The notes under the pieces: model-generated
The model's database searches: none
The model's input: the letters and a program-made list of their open reading frames with translations, nothing else
What the model was told of the DNA's origin: nothing
Program-made: the position numbers and the translations under genes
Source of the DNA: Solirubrobacterales bacterium
Lineage (GTDB): Bacteria; Actinomycetota; Thermoleophilia; Solirubrobacterales; 70-9
Assembly: GCA_038222365.1 (NCBI GenBank)
Contig: JBBRHQ010000001.1
Span: forward strand, 1-34,287
DNA: 34,287 nucleotides
Direction of reading: 5' to 3'
Part shown: positions 22,165 through 30,831 of the stretch, in pieces
Layout of the letters: each line of letters starts with the position of its first letter
Numbering within the stretch: position 1 is the stretch's first letter

Positions 22165-24403
22165 CCTGCAGAGCGCCCCCGCCCTGGGGGCCAACGGCGA
22201 CTCTGCGTCCGGGACCCGGATCCTGCTCGTCTCGCCGGTCCACAACGAGGCCGAGCACATCGTCGAGGTGGCTCGCGCCGTCGCGGCCCAGACACGGCCG
22301 CCGGACCTCTGGCTGGTGGTCGACGACGACTCCGGCGATCAGACCCTCGAACGGTTGCGCGAGCTGGAGCCGCAGATCCCCTTCATGCGGGTCCTCTCGG
22401 TGCCCCGCGGTCTGACCGAGGGAGGCGGCGACCGCCTCGCCGCCGCCGCGGTCGAGCGCGCCTACATCTGGGCCCTCGGGACCGTGGACTGGCGCTCCTT
22501 CAGCCACATCGGCAAGCTCGACGGCGACACGGTGCTGCCGCCTGATCACCTCGCGGGGATGCTGGAGCGATTCGCGACCGATCCGAGTCTCGGGGTCGCC
22601 GGCGGCGCGCTGACCGAGCGCTCCGGTGGCGTCTGGAGCGTGGTTCCGACGCCGAAGGATCACGCCACCGGCCTGGCCCGGATCTACCGCCGCGAGTGCT
22701 TCGAGAAGATCGGAGGCGTTCCGGACCGGCTCGGGTCCGACCCGATCACCGTCACCTACGCCCGGATGAGCGGCTACCGGGCCCGCACCTTCGACGAGCT
22801 CCCCGTCCGCCACCTGCGACCGATGGGCAGCAGACAGGGGACCCTCCACGGCCGTGCCCGCCACGGTGCCACCCACTACATCGTCGGCTACGGATTGCTC
22901 TGGGCCGCGCTGAGATCGTTGCTGCTGGCGGTGCGCTCGCGGCCGCCGGTGATCGGGGGCGCCGCCTTTCTCTACGGCTATCTGCGGGCGGCGCTCGGGC
23001 CGACCGAGCGAGTCGAGGACAGCTCCTTCCGGGCCTTTGTGAGACGCGAGCAGCAGCGGCGCCTGCTCGCCGTCCTCGGCGCCACCGGCGCCCGGGTCTC
23101 TGGCGCCGATTCCGGCTCGCCCGCCCTCGCCACCGCTGCGGCCGGCGGCCCGGCCACGCAACGGCAAGCCGAGCAACGGCGCGGGCAACTGGTGGAGGTC
23201 CTGCGGACCCTGGAGGCCTACGGCGATCGCCACGGCTGGATCGGCAGCGATCCTTATGAGGGGCTGAACGCAACCCGGTTGGTGACCCCGCTGCAACACT
23301 CGTTTCGCGGCAGGCAGGCGATCATCCAGGCGGTCAAGCGCTCCCCGGTCGACCTGCGGCCCTGGCTCGGGATCGAGCCGGGCCTCAATGCGGCGACGAT
23401 CGCCTGGGCGATCTCCAGCTATGCCCGCGACGGCTATCTGCCGGGGCGGATCGCCGAGGCCCGGCTCGCGAAGTCGCTCGAAGCCCTGCGGGCGCTGCGC
23501 TGCGATGACTTCAATGAACCCTGCTGGAGCTACCACTTCGACACTCAGTCCCGGGTCTTCTTCTACTCGAAGACCGCCCCCAACACGATCGCCACCGCAT
23601 TTGCCGCAAACGCGCTGCTCGACGCCTACGAGCGCACCGGAGAGGAGGAGCTACTCGAGGAGGCGATGGGCGCCGGTCGCTTCTTCTTGCGCCGCATCCA
23701 CCAGACCGAGGCCGATCGGGGCGCCTACTTCGGATACATCGTCGGCGATCGGGCCCCGATCCAGAACGCCAATACGCACGTCTGCGCGGTGCTCGCGCGG
23801 CTCCTCCGGCACGGCGGCGAGGAGGAGTTCCGCCCGGCGGCGGAGGCGGGGATCGAGTACGCGCTCTCCTGCCAGCGCCCCGATGGGTCCTGGCTCTACG
23901 GAGAGCGGCCCGACCTCGCCTGGGTCGACGGCTACCACCACGGCTACGTCCTCGATTCCCTGCGGGTCTGTGCCGATGCCGGGCTCGACGACCGCCTGCC
24001 CGAGGCGATCCACCGCGGCCTGGAGTTCTATCGCCGCGAGCTGATCCTCCCGGACGGCACCCCCAAGTACTTCTCCCACAAGGTCTACCCGATCGACTCC
24101 CAGTCGGTCGCCCAGGCGATTCAGACCTTCTCGATCGCCGCCACCGAGGACCCCGCCTACATCGAGCCGGCGCGCCGGGTCTTCGATTGGTCCCTGCGGA
24201 ACATGCGGCGCCCGGACGGGCTGTTCATGTTCCAGCGGCGCCGCCACTGGAGTAACCCGCTTCCCCACATCCGCTGGGTGATCGCCGCGCAGCTGCTCGC
24301 CTGCACCCACCTCTGGCGGGCCGAGCGGGTGATCGCCGGGGAGCCGGAGGATCAGCGATCATCGCCGCGCTCGGCGGCGGCGATCCGCTCGGAGAAGAGG
24401 TGA
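22151..24403 (+). CDS. Glycosyltransferase family 2 domain fused to a C-terminal alpha/alpha-toroid-like (six-hairpin / QW-repeat-like) domain
   Basis: The N-terminus ILLVSPVHNEAEHI...LWLVVDDDSGDQTLERL is a GT2 pattern (DDxSxD). The C-terminal ~400 aa contains NTIATAFAANALLDAYERTGEEELLEEAMGAGRFF and ALSCQRPDGSWLYGE, which resemble alpha/alpha-barrel enzymes such as glucuronyl C5-epimerase or prenyltransferase-like repeats. Confidence 0.75.
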   Translation: MSSSSLQSAPALGANGDSASGTRILLVSPVHNEAEHIVEVARAVAAQTRPPDLWLVVDDDSGDQTLERLRELEPQIPFMRVLSVPRGLTEGGGDRLAAAAVERAYIWALGTVDWRSFSHIGKLDGDTVLPPDHLAGMLERFATDPSLGVAGGALTERSGGVWSVVPTPKDHATGLARIYRRECFEKIGGVPDRLGSDPITVTYARMSGYRARTFDELPVRHLRPMGSRQGTLHGRARHGATHYIVGYGLLWAALRSLLLAVRSRPPVIGGAAFLYGYLRAALGPTERVEDSSFRAFVRREQQRRLLAVLGATGARVSGADSGSPALATAAAGGPATQRQAEQRRGQLVEVLRTLEAYGDRHGWIGSDPYEGLNATRLVTPLQHSFRGRQAIIQAVKRSPVDLRPWLGIEPGLNAATIAWAISSYARDGYLPGRIAEARLAKSLEALRALRCDDFNEPCWSYHFDTQSRVFFYSKTAPNTIATAFAANALLDAYERTGEEELLEEAMGAGRFFLRRIHQTEADRGAYFGYIVGDRAPIQNANTHVCAVLARLLRHGGEEEFRPAAEAGIEYALSCQRPDGSWLYGERPDLAWVDGYHHGYVLDSLRVCADAGLDDRLPEAIHRGLEFYRRELILPDGTPKYFSHKVYPIDSQSVAQAIQTFSIAATEDPAYIEPARRVFDWSLRNMRRPDGLFMFQRRRHWSNPLPHIRWVIAAQLLACTHLWRAERVIAGEPEDQRSSPRSAAAIRSEKR

Positions 24404-25599
24404 TTCAGCTGCCGCGTCGATTCGCCGATCGCGTAGTGCTCGATCACCCTGCGCCGCCCGGCCTCCCCGAGGCGCCGGCGCTCCCCCGGGTCGGCGGCCA
24501 GGCCCTCGAGGGTGGCGGTCAGCTGCCCCAGATTGCCCGGGGCTATCAACTTTCCGCTGACTCCGTCCTCGATCAACTCGGGGATGCCCATGATCCGCGA
24601 GCTGACCACGGGCAGCTCCATCGCCATCGCCTCCATCAGCGAGACGGGGACGCCCTCGGCGAAGCTCGGCAGGCAGAAGGCGTCGGCGGACTCGAGATAG
24701 CCCAAGATCTCGTCCTGGCCGACCGCACCCGTGAAATGGATTCGGTCGGCGACTCCGAGCTCCGCGGCGAGCGATTCGAGGCTTGGCCGGCTCTCGCCCC
24801 AGCCGATCACCGTCGCGCGGGCGTCGATCCCGCGCCCGACGAGCGCCGCGACCGCCTCGATCAGCAACCCCTGCCCCTTGAACGGGACAAGGCGCCCGAC
24901 GCTGAGCAGGTTGAGGCCCGTCGCGCCGTTCCGCTCAGCCGGCGGCGAGAACACCTCGGAGTCGATCCCGCAATGGATCACCTCCAACTTGCCCCAGTGC
25001 TCCTCGGAGACCAGGGCCATCAGCTGGCTGCGGGCGAAGTCACTGATGCAGACGACGAAGTCGGCGCTCTTGACCTTGGCGCGAAGGTTGAAGCGGGACA
25101 CCTCGTAGAACTCATCCGGGCCGTGGACGGTGAAGCTCCAGGTCCATGGGGGGGTCGCGCCGGACTCATACCGTTTGACCAGGAGTGCGATGTCGGTCAC
25201 CTGGTTGGTGAATTGGGCGTGCAGATGGTGGATCCCACGCGACTCACACCGCCTCCAGACGACCATTGCTTCGACGAAATAGAACAGCTGCCAGAGGCGG
25301 CCGCGAAGTCCGGGCCTGCTGAGGCGAAGCGCCAGGACAAGGGTCGAGAGATAGGCGGAGGGCGCGCGGACGAATGCAGAGAGATGGGCACGCACCAACT
25401 CTGCCCATCGCGGCGGCAGGACCGTGTATGTGCTGGCGTGCTCCCGAACTGCGGCGTCGGTCAGCAGTTGGTCGTCGGCCGCGCGGTGAACAGAGATCGT
25501 CTCGATCTCCACACCGCGAGCCCGCAGGCCCTCCACCTCACGCAGGATGAAGGTGTGGGAGATGGACGGGTAGTGGCCAACCAGGTAGGCGATCTTCAT
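24352..25599 (-). CDS. Glycosyltransferase family 4 (WcaL-like)
   Basis: MKIAYLVGHYPSISHTFILREVEGLRARGVEIETISVH is the characteristic N-terminus of WcaL-type GT4 enzymes. The C-terminal core reads LLSVGRLVPFKGQ...FCLPSFAEGVPVSLMEAMAMELPVVSS (E-x7-E region). Confidence 0.85.
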   Translation of the reverse strand: MKIAYLVGHYPSISHTFILREVEGLRARGVEIETISVHRAADDQLLTDAAVREHASTYTVLPPRWAELVRAHLSAFVRAPSAYLSTLVLALRLSRPGLRGRLWQLFYFVEAMVVWRRCESRGIHHLHAQFTNQVTDIALLVKRYESGATPPWTWSFTVHGPDEFYEVSRFNLRAKVKSADFVVCISDFARSQLMALVSEEHWGKLEVIHCGIDSEVFSPPAERNGATGLNLLSVGRLVPFKGQGLLIEAVAALVGRGIDARATVIGWGESRPSLESLAAELGVADRIHFTGAVGQDEILGYLESADAFCLPSFAEGVPVSLMEAMAMELPVVSSRIMGIPELIEDGVSGKLIAPGNLGQLTATLEGLAADPGERRRLGEAGRRRVIEHYAIGESTRQLNHLFSERIAAAERGDDR

Positions 25600-25747
25600 G
25601 GCTCTTGGGGGCCGGCGCCGAGCCCGGCTACTTGCATCCCTGCGCCCATGGGGGCTCAGGGGCGACGCCGATCCTACCGATAGAGAGAATTGAGTACGGG
25701 AATTAGCCGAAATCGGTTACAGCCGTGCAAAACAGGCTGACTCGCCC

Positions 25748-26731
25748 ATGAACGAGACCGCGCATCAGATCCGACCACTCTTCCTGCTCTCGCTGCCGCG
25801 CAGCGGTTCGACCCTGGTCCAGCGCGTTCTCGCCCGCAGCCCGCAGGTTGCGACCGCATCCGAAACGTGGTTGCTAATGCCATACCTCGCTGCAACTCCG
25901 GTCGAGCCCCTGCCCTCGAGGGGCGCCTGGGATGTGACCGCGGCCGCGGGGATCGCGGACTTCAACCGGGAGCTGCCCGCCGGGATCGATTCCTATCGCG
26001 AGGCGGTGCATGACTTCGCAGTGAAGCTGTATTCGCAGGCAGCCGATCACGGTGCCATCTATTTCCTAGACAAGACCCCGCCCTATGCGCATTTCCTGCC
26101 CGAGTTGGCGCAGACCTTCCCGGAGGCCAAGTTCATCGCCCTTTGGCGGAACCCGCTGGCGGTGGTTGCGTCGATCGTCGAGACCTTCTGTGACGGGCGA
26201 TGGGAACCGGACCGCTATCCGCAGAGCCTTTACGGCGCTCTGGAGGCGTTAGTCTCCTCGATCGAGTCACATCCGGATCGTGTCCGCTCGGTCCGCTTTG
26301 AGGACTTGGCCTCGGCGGATGCCGGTGCGTGGACGGGATTGATGGACTTCCTCGATCTCGAGTTCGACCCCGCCTTCCTCGATGACTTCGGTCAGGTGAC
26401 CCTGGCCGGCCGGTTGGGCGACAAGCACGGCGCGGCTCGGTACTCGGAGCTGAGCCTCGAGCCGCTGACGAAGTGGAAGCGGGCGATCCACAACCCGCTG
26501 CGCAGGGCCTGGTGCCGCCGCTACCTCGATTGGATCGGACCGCAGCGCCTCGAGGTGATGGGCTATGACCACGCGCTGCTCCAGCGGGAGCTGGCAGCGA
26601 CGTCCGTCGGCCCCTCAGGACTTGCCGGGGATTCGGTACGGACGGCCGAGTCAGTTGCCCGGCGCCTGCTACGCACACGAGCGATCGCTGCGGAGGCGGC
26701 GATGGGGACGGAGGCGGCGATGGGGACGTAG
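25748..26731 (+). CDS. Sulfotransferase family protein (Sulfotransfer_3-like)
   Basis: LFLLSLPRSGSTLVQRVL is a 5'-phosphosulfate-binding loop (PRSGST). YFLDKTPPYAHFLPELAQTFPEAKFIALWRNPLAVVAS is the 3'-phosphate-binding region. Confidence 0.8.
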   Translation: MNETAHQIRPLFLLSLPRSGSTLVQRVLARSPQVATASETWLLMPYLAATPVEPLPSRGAWDVTAAAGIADFNRELPAGIDSYREAVHDFAVKLYSQAADHGAIYFLDKTPPYAHFLPELAQTFPEAKFIALWRNPLAVVASIVETFCDGRWEPDRYPQSLYGALEALVSSIESHPDRVRSVRFEDLASADAGAWTGLMDFLDLEFDPAFLDDFGQVTLAGRLGDKHGAARYSELSLEPLTKWKRAIHNPLRRAWCRRYLDWIGPQRLEVMGYDHALLQRELAATSVGPSGLAGDSVRTAESVARRLLRTRAIAAEAAMGTEAAMGT

Positions 26732-26745
26732 GCGGCGATGGGGAC
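26692..26745 (+). repeat. 18-bp tandem repeat, three units (GGAGGCGGCGATGGGGAC)
   Basis: Units lie at 26692-26709, 26710-26727 and 26728-26745. Units 1-2 encode EAAMGT twice at the sulfotransferase C-terminus. In unit 3 a GAG-to-TAG difference forms the stop codon. Confidence 0.9.
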
Positions 26746-26751
26746 GGGCCG

Positions 26752-27684
26752 ATGACGGAGCCCCGCGAGATGGCGAGCCTCGACGAACTGGACGGCGGCG
26801 TCACCGTGAGCGCAGCGGGCGCGCCACCGGGTGCAGCCCCGGCGAGACCGGCGCCGGATATCGCCGAACCCAGCGCTCCGCCGCCACATCCCTCGAGAAG
26901 GATCGGTTTTGCCGAGGCGATCCGATGGCATTGGGCGACCTTCGCGATAGCGGTCGTTTTGATCACAGCTCTCGCGATCGCGGCCGGGTTTCTCCGAAAT
27001 CCGGACTACACCGCAGAGGCCAAGCTGGCGATCAGTGAAACCGCCGGGGGGGCGGCCGGGCTCGCTGGATTCGCCGCCAACAGCCAATCGCTGGCATCAG
27101 GTTTCAGCCAGGCAGTAAATGCACCCGGCGTGGTGCGTCGGGTCGCCCGCCGGCTTGATCTGCCCCAGGGCGAGGTCAGATCCAACATCACGGCCTCCTC
27201 CACCGTGGGCAGCCCCGTGGTGCGGATCCAGGCGGTCAGCACGAGTGCATCCTCCGCGGTGTCCCTCGCCAACGCGACGAGTGCAGCCCTAATCGCCTAC
27301 GTCAACGGGGTCAACGATGGCGAAGGCGCCACCCAGGAACCGCTCCTCAAGAAATTTCGGGCCGCCACCGTACGGGTCAATCGCCTCAGGTCCAGGGTGA
27401 AGGCTTTAGGGGCCTCCGGCTCCGATTCGGCCGACTTGAATAAGGCTCGCGCAACCCGCGACGCGGCCGAGCTGGTGGCCGGGGCGGCTAGCGCCGCCTA
27501 TAAGGCAAGCCAGGAAGGTCGTGCCTCGGCGAGCAGGCTGCAGGTCCTGAGCCCGGCGGGACAGGCCTCGAGCGATCGCACCAGCAAGCTCCAGCTTCTG
27601 GGCTTCATCGGCCTGCTGATCGGCATCGCTGTCGGCGCCACCCTCGCCAGCATCCGCGCCAACGGCTGGCCCGGTTTTGGCTGA
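26752..27684 (+). CDS. Polysaccharide co-polymerase / chain-length determinant (Wzz-like)
   Basis: N-terminal TM WATFAIAVVLITALAIAAGFL is followed by NPDYTAEAKLAI. A long helical middle region leads to the C-terminal TM LQLLGFIGLLIGIAVGATLASI. This is PCP-type topology. Confidence 0.55.
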   Translation: MTEPREMASLDELDGGVTVSAAGAPPGAAPARPAPDIAEPSAPPPHPSRRIGFAEAIRWHWATFAIAVVLITALAIAAGFLRNPDYTAEAKLAISETAGGAAGLAGFAANSQSLASGFSQAVNAPGVVRRVARRLDLPQGEVRSNITASSTVGSPVVRIQAVSTSASSAVSLANATSAALIAYVNGVNDGEGATQEPLLKKFRAATVRVNRLRSRVKALGASGSDSADLNKARATRDAAELVAGAASAAYKASQEGRASASRLQVLSPAGQASSDRTSKLQLLGFIGLLIGIAVGATLASIRANGWPGFG

Positions 27685-29191
27685 CCATACCCAGAGCCCC
27701 CGCATTCAGCCGGGCTCGCGCGGCGCCGGGCTGGCGACAGCCGGACTCGTTGCCGCTGCGATTGCGGCCGTCGCTGTCAACCGAGGAGCGTTGCCGCTGT
27801 TGATGCTGCTCGGACTGCTCGGACTCGCCAGCGGTGCCTATCTCGCCTGGAACGTCGAGCCGGCTTGGACGCTGAGCGGCTCGGTTGCGTTGTCCGTCTT
27901 CGGCGGCTACTGGGGGCAGCTTGGGCCGCTCGGATACCTGCCCGTCACACCCGACCGCCTGATGCTGGTGGCAGGTGCCGGCGCGCTTCTTCTTCGGGCT
28001 CCCGGCGCGCGTCACCGAGAAACCCTGCGGCTCGAGCCAGTCCACTGGTTGCTGGTGTCGGCAATCGCCTTCGCGATTGGCTCAGCCCTGGCATCCGGAA
28101 CGCTGTTCTCGAATTCCGATTTCTTCCGGCTCTTCGACCGTTTCGGCGTCGCCCCATTCCTGATGTTCACGATTGCACCGCTTGCCTTCCCCGGCGAGAG
28201 GCACCGGAGGATCTTCCTCGGCGTCCTGGTGGCACTCGGCGGGTACCTGGGCCTGACCGCGCTGCTCGAGACCGTCGGACCGCAGGCACTCGTCTTTCCG
28301 CACTACATCACCGACCCCGACCTCGGCTACCACGTCGGCCGGGCTCGAGGGCCCTTCCTCGAGGCGGAGGCGAACGGCATTGCCCTGTTCATCTGCGGAG
28401 CCGCCGCGGCCGTCGCGGCGACAACGTGGAGAAGCGGCGCACTATTCAGGTGTCTCTGCTGGCTTGTCGTCTGCCTGTGCTTCGGCGGCTGCCTCTTCAG
28501 CCTCTCGCGCGGGGTTTGGGTGGGGGCGGCGTTGGCGATATTCCTGTCTCTCCTCGTCTTCCGTCCGATCCGGGGAATGCTGGTACCGGCGGTGATAGGA
28601 ATACCGTTGGCGGTGATGCTCGTCATCGGGCTTGTGCCGGGACTCGCCGGCAGGATCGACGAGCGCGGAAGCGAGAAGAGCTCCGTCTGGGACCGGGAGA
28701 ACCTGAACGTTGCGGCTCTCCGCATGGTTGAGGCAAGACCGCTGCTCGGTTTCGGCTGGGGGCGCTTTACGGATGTCAGCCCCCCCTACTTCTGGCAGGC
28801 CGCGGATCGCCCCCTGACGGCGGTCGGGGTGCAGAGCTGCGACGCGGTGTCGGCCGCCGCGAGACAGACCACCGACGGGTCAAATCCGCAATGCACGGTG
28901 CCGGTGCATAACGCGTACCTCGCCAACGCGGCCGAGCTGGGCCTTTTCGGGGTCACGCTGTGGATCGCGGCCGGCGTGGTCGCTATAGGTGGAGCGGTCG
29001 CCCGGCGCTCGGCCCCCGGGGCCTTGTCGTGGCGCATCGGGCTTTTTGCGATGGCGACCATGTGGGCAGTCGTGATGTTCTTTACGCCGCTCGAGGGCCC
29101 ATTTTCACCGGTCGTCCTGTGGACCTGGGCCGGCATTGTCTGGGCCAGCGGCCTTCCTCTGGCGCGAAGCGGTTCGGGTGAGCTCCGGTGA
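27677..29191 (+). CDS. O-antigen polymerase/ligase family membrane protein (Wzy-like)
   Basis: Polytopic membrane protein with the Wzy_C-type motif FSLSRGVWVGAALAIFLSLLVF. The TTG start is uncertain. Confidence 0.75.
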   Translation: MADHTQSPRIQPGSRGAGLATAGLVAAAIAAVAVNRGALPLLMLLGLLGLASGAYLAWNVEPAWTLSGSVALSVFGGYWGQLGPLGYLPVTPDRLMLVAGAGALLLRAPGARHRETLRLEPVHWLLVSAIAFAIGSALASGTLFSNSDFFRLFDRFGVAPFLMFTIAPLAFPGERHRRIFLGVLVALGGYLGLTALLETVGPQALVFPHYITDPDLGYHVGRARGPFLEAEANGIALFICGAAAAVAATTWRSGALFRCLCWLVVCLCFGGCLFSLSRGVWVGAALAIFLSLLVFRPIRGMLVPAVIGIPLAVMLVIGLVPGLAGRIDERGSEKSSVWDRENLNVAALRMVEARPLLGFGWGRFTDVSPPYFWQAADRPLTAVGVQSCDAVSAAARQTTDGSNPQCTVPVHNAYLANAAELGLFGVTLWIAAGVVAIGGAVARRSAPGALSWRIGLFAMATMWAVVMFFTPLEGPFSPVVLWTWAGIVWASGLPLARSGSGELR

Positions 29192-30831
29192 GCCCGCCAC
29201 ACCCACCAATTCACCCCTCCAGGAGTCTGGTTGGAGTCACGCCGGCCGCGGCGCTTGAGGAAAACCGGGGGCTCTTCGAGGCGCTGGAGGTCGTCTTTCC
29301 AGTCCGCTTTGAGTCGCGGGCGCCGTCGGATGAGCAAGGCCTCGACGGAGCCTTGATACTCGGTGATTCCCTCGATCCTCCGGCGCGCCCCTGTCTGATT
29401 GCGGCTCCGGGGGCCAGCGAGCGGAATCTGGCCGATCGCCAGGATGAGGTCCGCTTCGCTTCGAGCCCGGCGCTGGACCCGTGCTTGCGCGGCGCATCGC
29501 TCCACGACGCCCGAGCGGCGAGGCTGATGCCGTTGACGGTCGGATCCCGAGAGCAAGTCTTGGCGACCGGCCCGAACGGGCCGGTCTGGACCAGACGCGG
29601 CGAGGGCGAGGCCCGGGTCGACCGGGTGGCGCTCAGCCCGGTGCAGCAGCACGACTCATCCCTTCCCCTCAGGGCGCAGCTGCGTGTTGGTCGGTTCCTC
29701 TCCATGTTGCCGCTGGCGGTCTTCCTGCGCGAGCTGAGCGAACCCCATCAGTGGTCGCGGCCGCCGTTGAGAGCGAGCATCGTGATCGACGACCCGAACC
29801 TGCGCCGGCCGACCTACGGCTTCATCAACTTCCGCGATCTCGCGTCGCACGCGGCGCAGCACGGCTACCACGTCGCGATAGGCTCGGTTCCGCTCGACTC
29901 CTGGCCGGTGAGCGGCTCGGCGGCCCGCGTCTTCGCGGAAGCCCGCGAATCGGTCTCGCTGTGCATTCACGGGCTCGCTCATTCAAAGCACGAGCTGGAG
30001 CGATTTCGCTCGACCAACGAGGCTCGCCGGGAGCTTGGCCTGGCTTTGCGACGAGTTGCGAGCCTGGAGCGCCGGGCGGGCGTGCGGGTCGACCGCGTGA
30101 TGGTCGCCCCGCATGAGCGCTGCTCGGCGCTGAGCACCGAGGCGATGCTGCGGCTCGGCTTCGAAGCCCTGGTCATAGATCGGGCGAACCCGTGGCGGTT
30201 CAGGCCGGAGGAAGAGAGGCCGGTGGCCGGGTGGGAGCTCGCAGAGCTGGTCAGCGGGGGGCTGCCGGTGATCCGGCGGGAAAGCCTGCGGGCGGAACGC
30301 GATGACCTGATTCTGAGAGCGTTCCTCGGCCAGCCACTCGTGCTCTACGGCCATCACGACGACCTCGCCGACGGGCCCGACCTGCTGGCGGCCGTCGCTG
30401 GGGAAATCGATCGACTCGGAGACGTGCGCTGGATGTCCCTCGGCGAGATCGCCCGAACCAACTACCTGCAGCGAAGGACCGGATCCCTGCTGAGGGTCCG
30501 GATGCTCTCCAGACAGGCGCGGCTGCGGCTGCCCGAAGGCGTCTCGGAGATATCGGTCGAGATGCCGGCCATCCACGGCGCTTCCGAGGGGACCGTCTCG
30601 ATCGGCGACGTCTCAACCCGATGGGAGCTCGACGGGCGCAACCTGCGCTCGTCTCCGACCGGGGTTGGGGGTGACACCGTCGACGTCCTGATCGCCCCGC
30701 CCGCGGCGCCCCCGGCCGCCGGCACGGCCAGCCATAGGGCGGGAGCCTGGACGCTTTGCCGGCGGCTGATCGCCGAGGGCCGCGACCGGGCCGCACCGGT
30801 GGGCCGACACCTGGCTCGAGATGCGGCGTGA
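29188..30831 (+). CDS. Hypothetical 547-aa protein, possibly carbohydrate deacetylase-like (DUF2334/NodB-like barrel)
   Basis: It is translationally coupled on both sides (GTGA and ATGA overlaps). ASIVIDDPNLRRPTYGF...GYHVAIGSVPLD...VSLCIHGLAHSKHE resembles the DD ... HGxxH pattern of deacetylase-type barrels. This is a weak, motif-level call. Confidence 0.5.
   Translation: MSPPHPPIHPSRSLVGVTPAAALEENRGLFEALEVVFPVRFESRAPSDEQGLDGALILGDSLDPPARPCLIAAPGASERNLADRQDEVRFASSPALDPCLRGASLHDARAARLMPLTVGSREQVLATGPNGPVWTRRGEGEARVDRVALSPVQQHDSSLPLRAQLRVGRFLSMLPLAVFLRELSEPHQWSRPPLRASIVIDDPNLRRPTYGFINFRDLASHAAQHGYHVAIGSVPLDSWPVSGSAARVFAEARESVSLCIHGLAHSKHELERFRSTNEARRELGLALRRVASLERRAGVRVDRVMVAPHERCSALSTEAMLRLGFEALVIDRANPWRFRPEEERPVAGWELAELVSGGLPVIRRESLRAERDDLILRAFLGQPLVLYGHHDDLADGPDLLAAVAGEIDRLGDVRWMSLGEIARTNYLQRRTGSLLRVRMLSRQARLRLPEGVSEISVEMPAIHGASEGTVSIGDVSTRWELDGRNLRSSPTGVGGDTVDVLIAPPAAPPAAGTASHRAGAWTLCRRLIAEGRDRAAPVGRHLARDAA

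Noticed and set aside
16432-25683. Long alternative-frame or antisense ORFs across the polysaccharide locus (16432-17403 -, 17751-19415 -, 18892-19485 -, 19718-21133 -, 20929-22260 -, 20973-22154 +, 21917-23536 -, 24400-25683 +, and others)
   Set aside because: Each overlaps a gene with clear family motifs on the other strand or frame. Each has the Arg/Pro/Gly/Ala-rich low-complexity composition of non-coding frames in high-GC DNA.
26133-27087. Minus-strand ORFs 26133-26966 and 26563-27087, and plus-strand ORF 26565-27038
   Set aside because: They overlap the sulfotransferase and Wzz-like genes and are low-complexity. No independent support.
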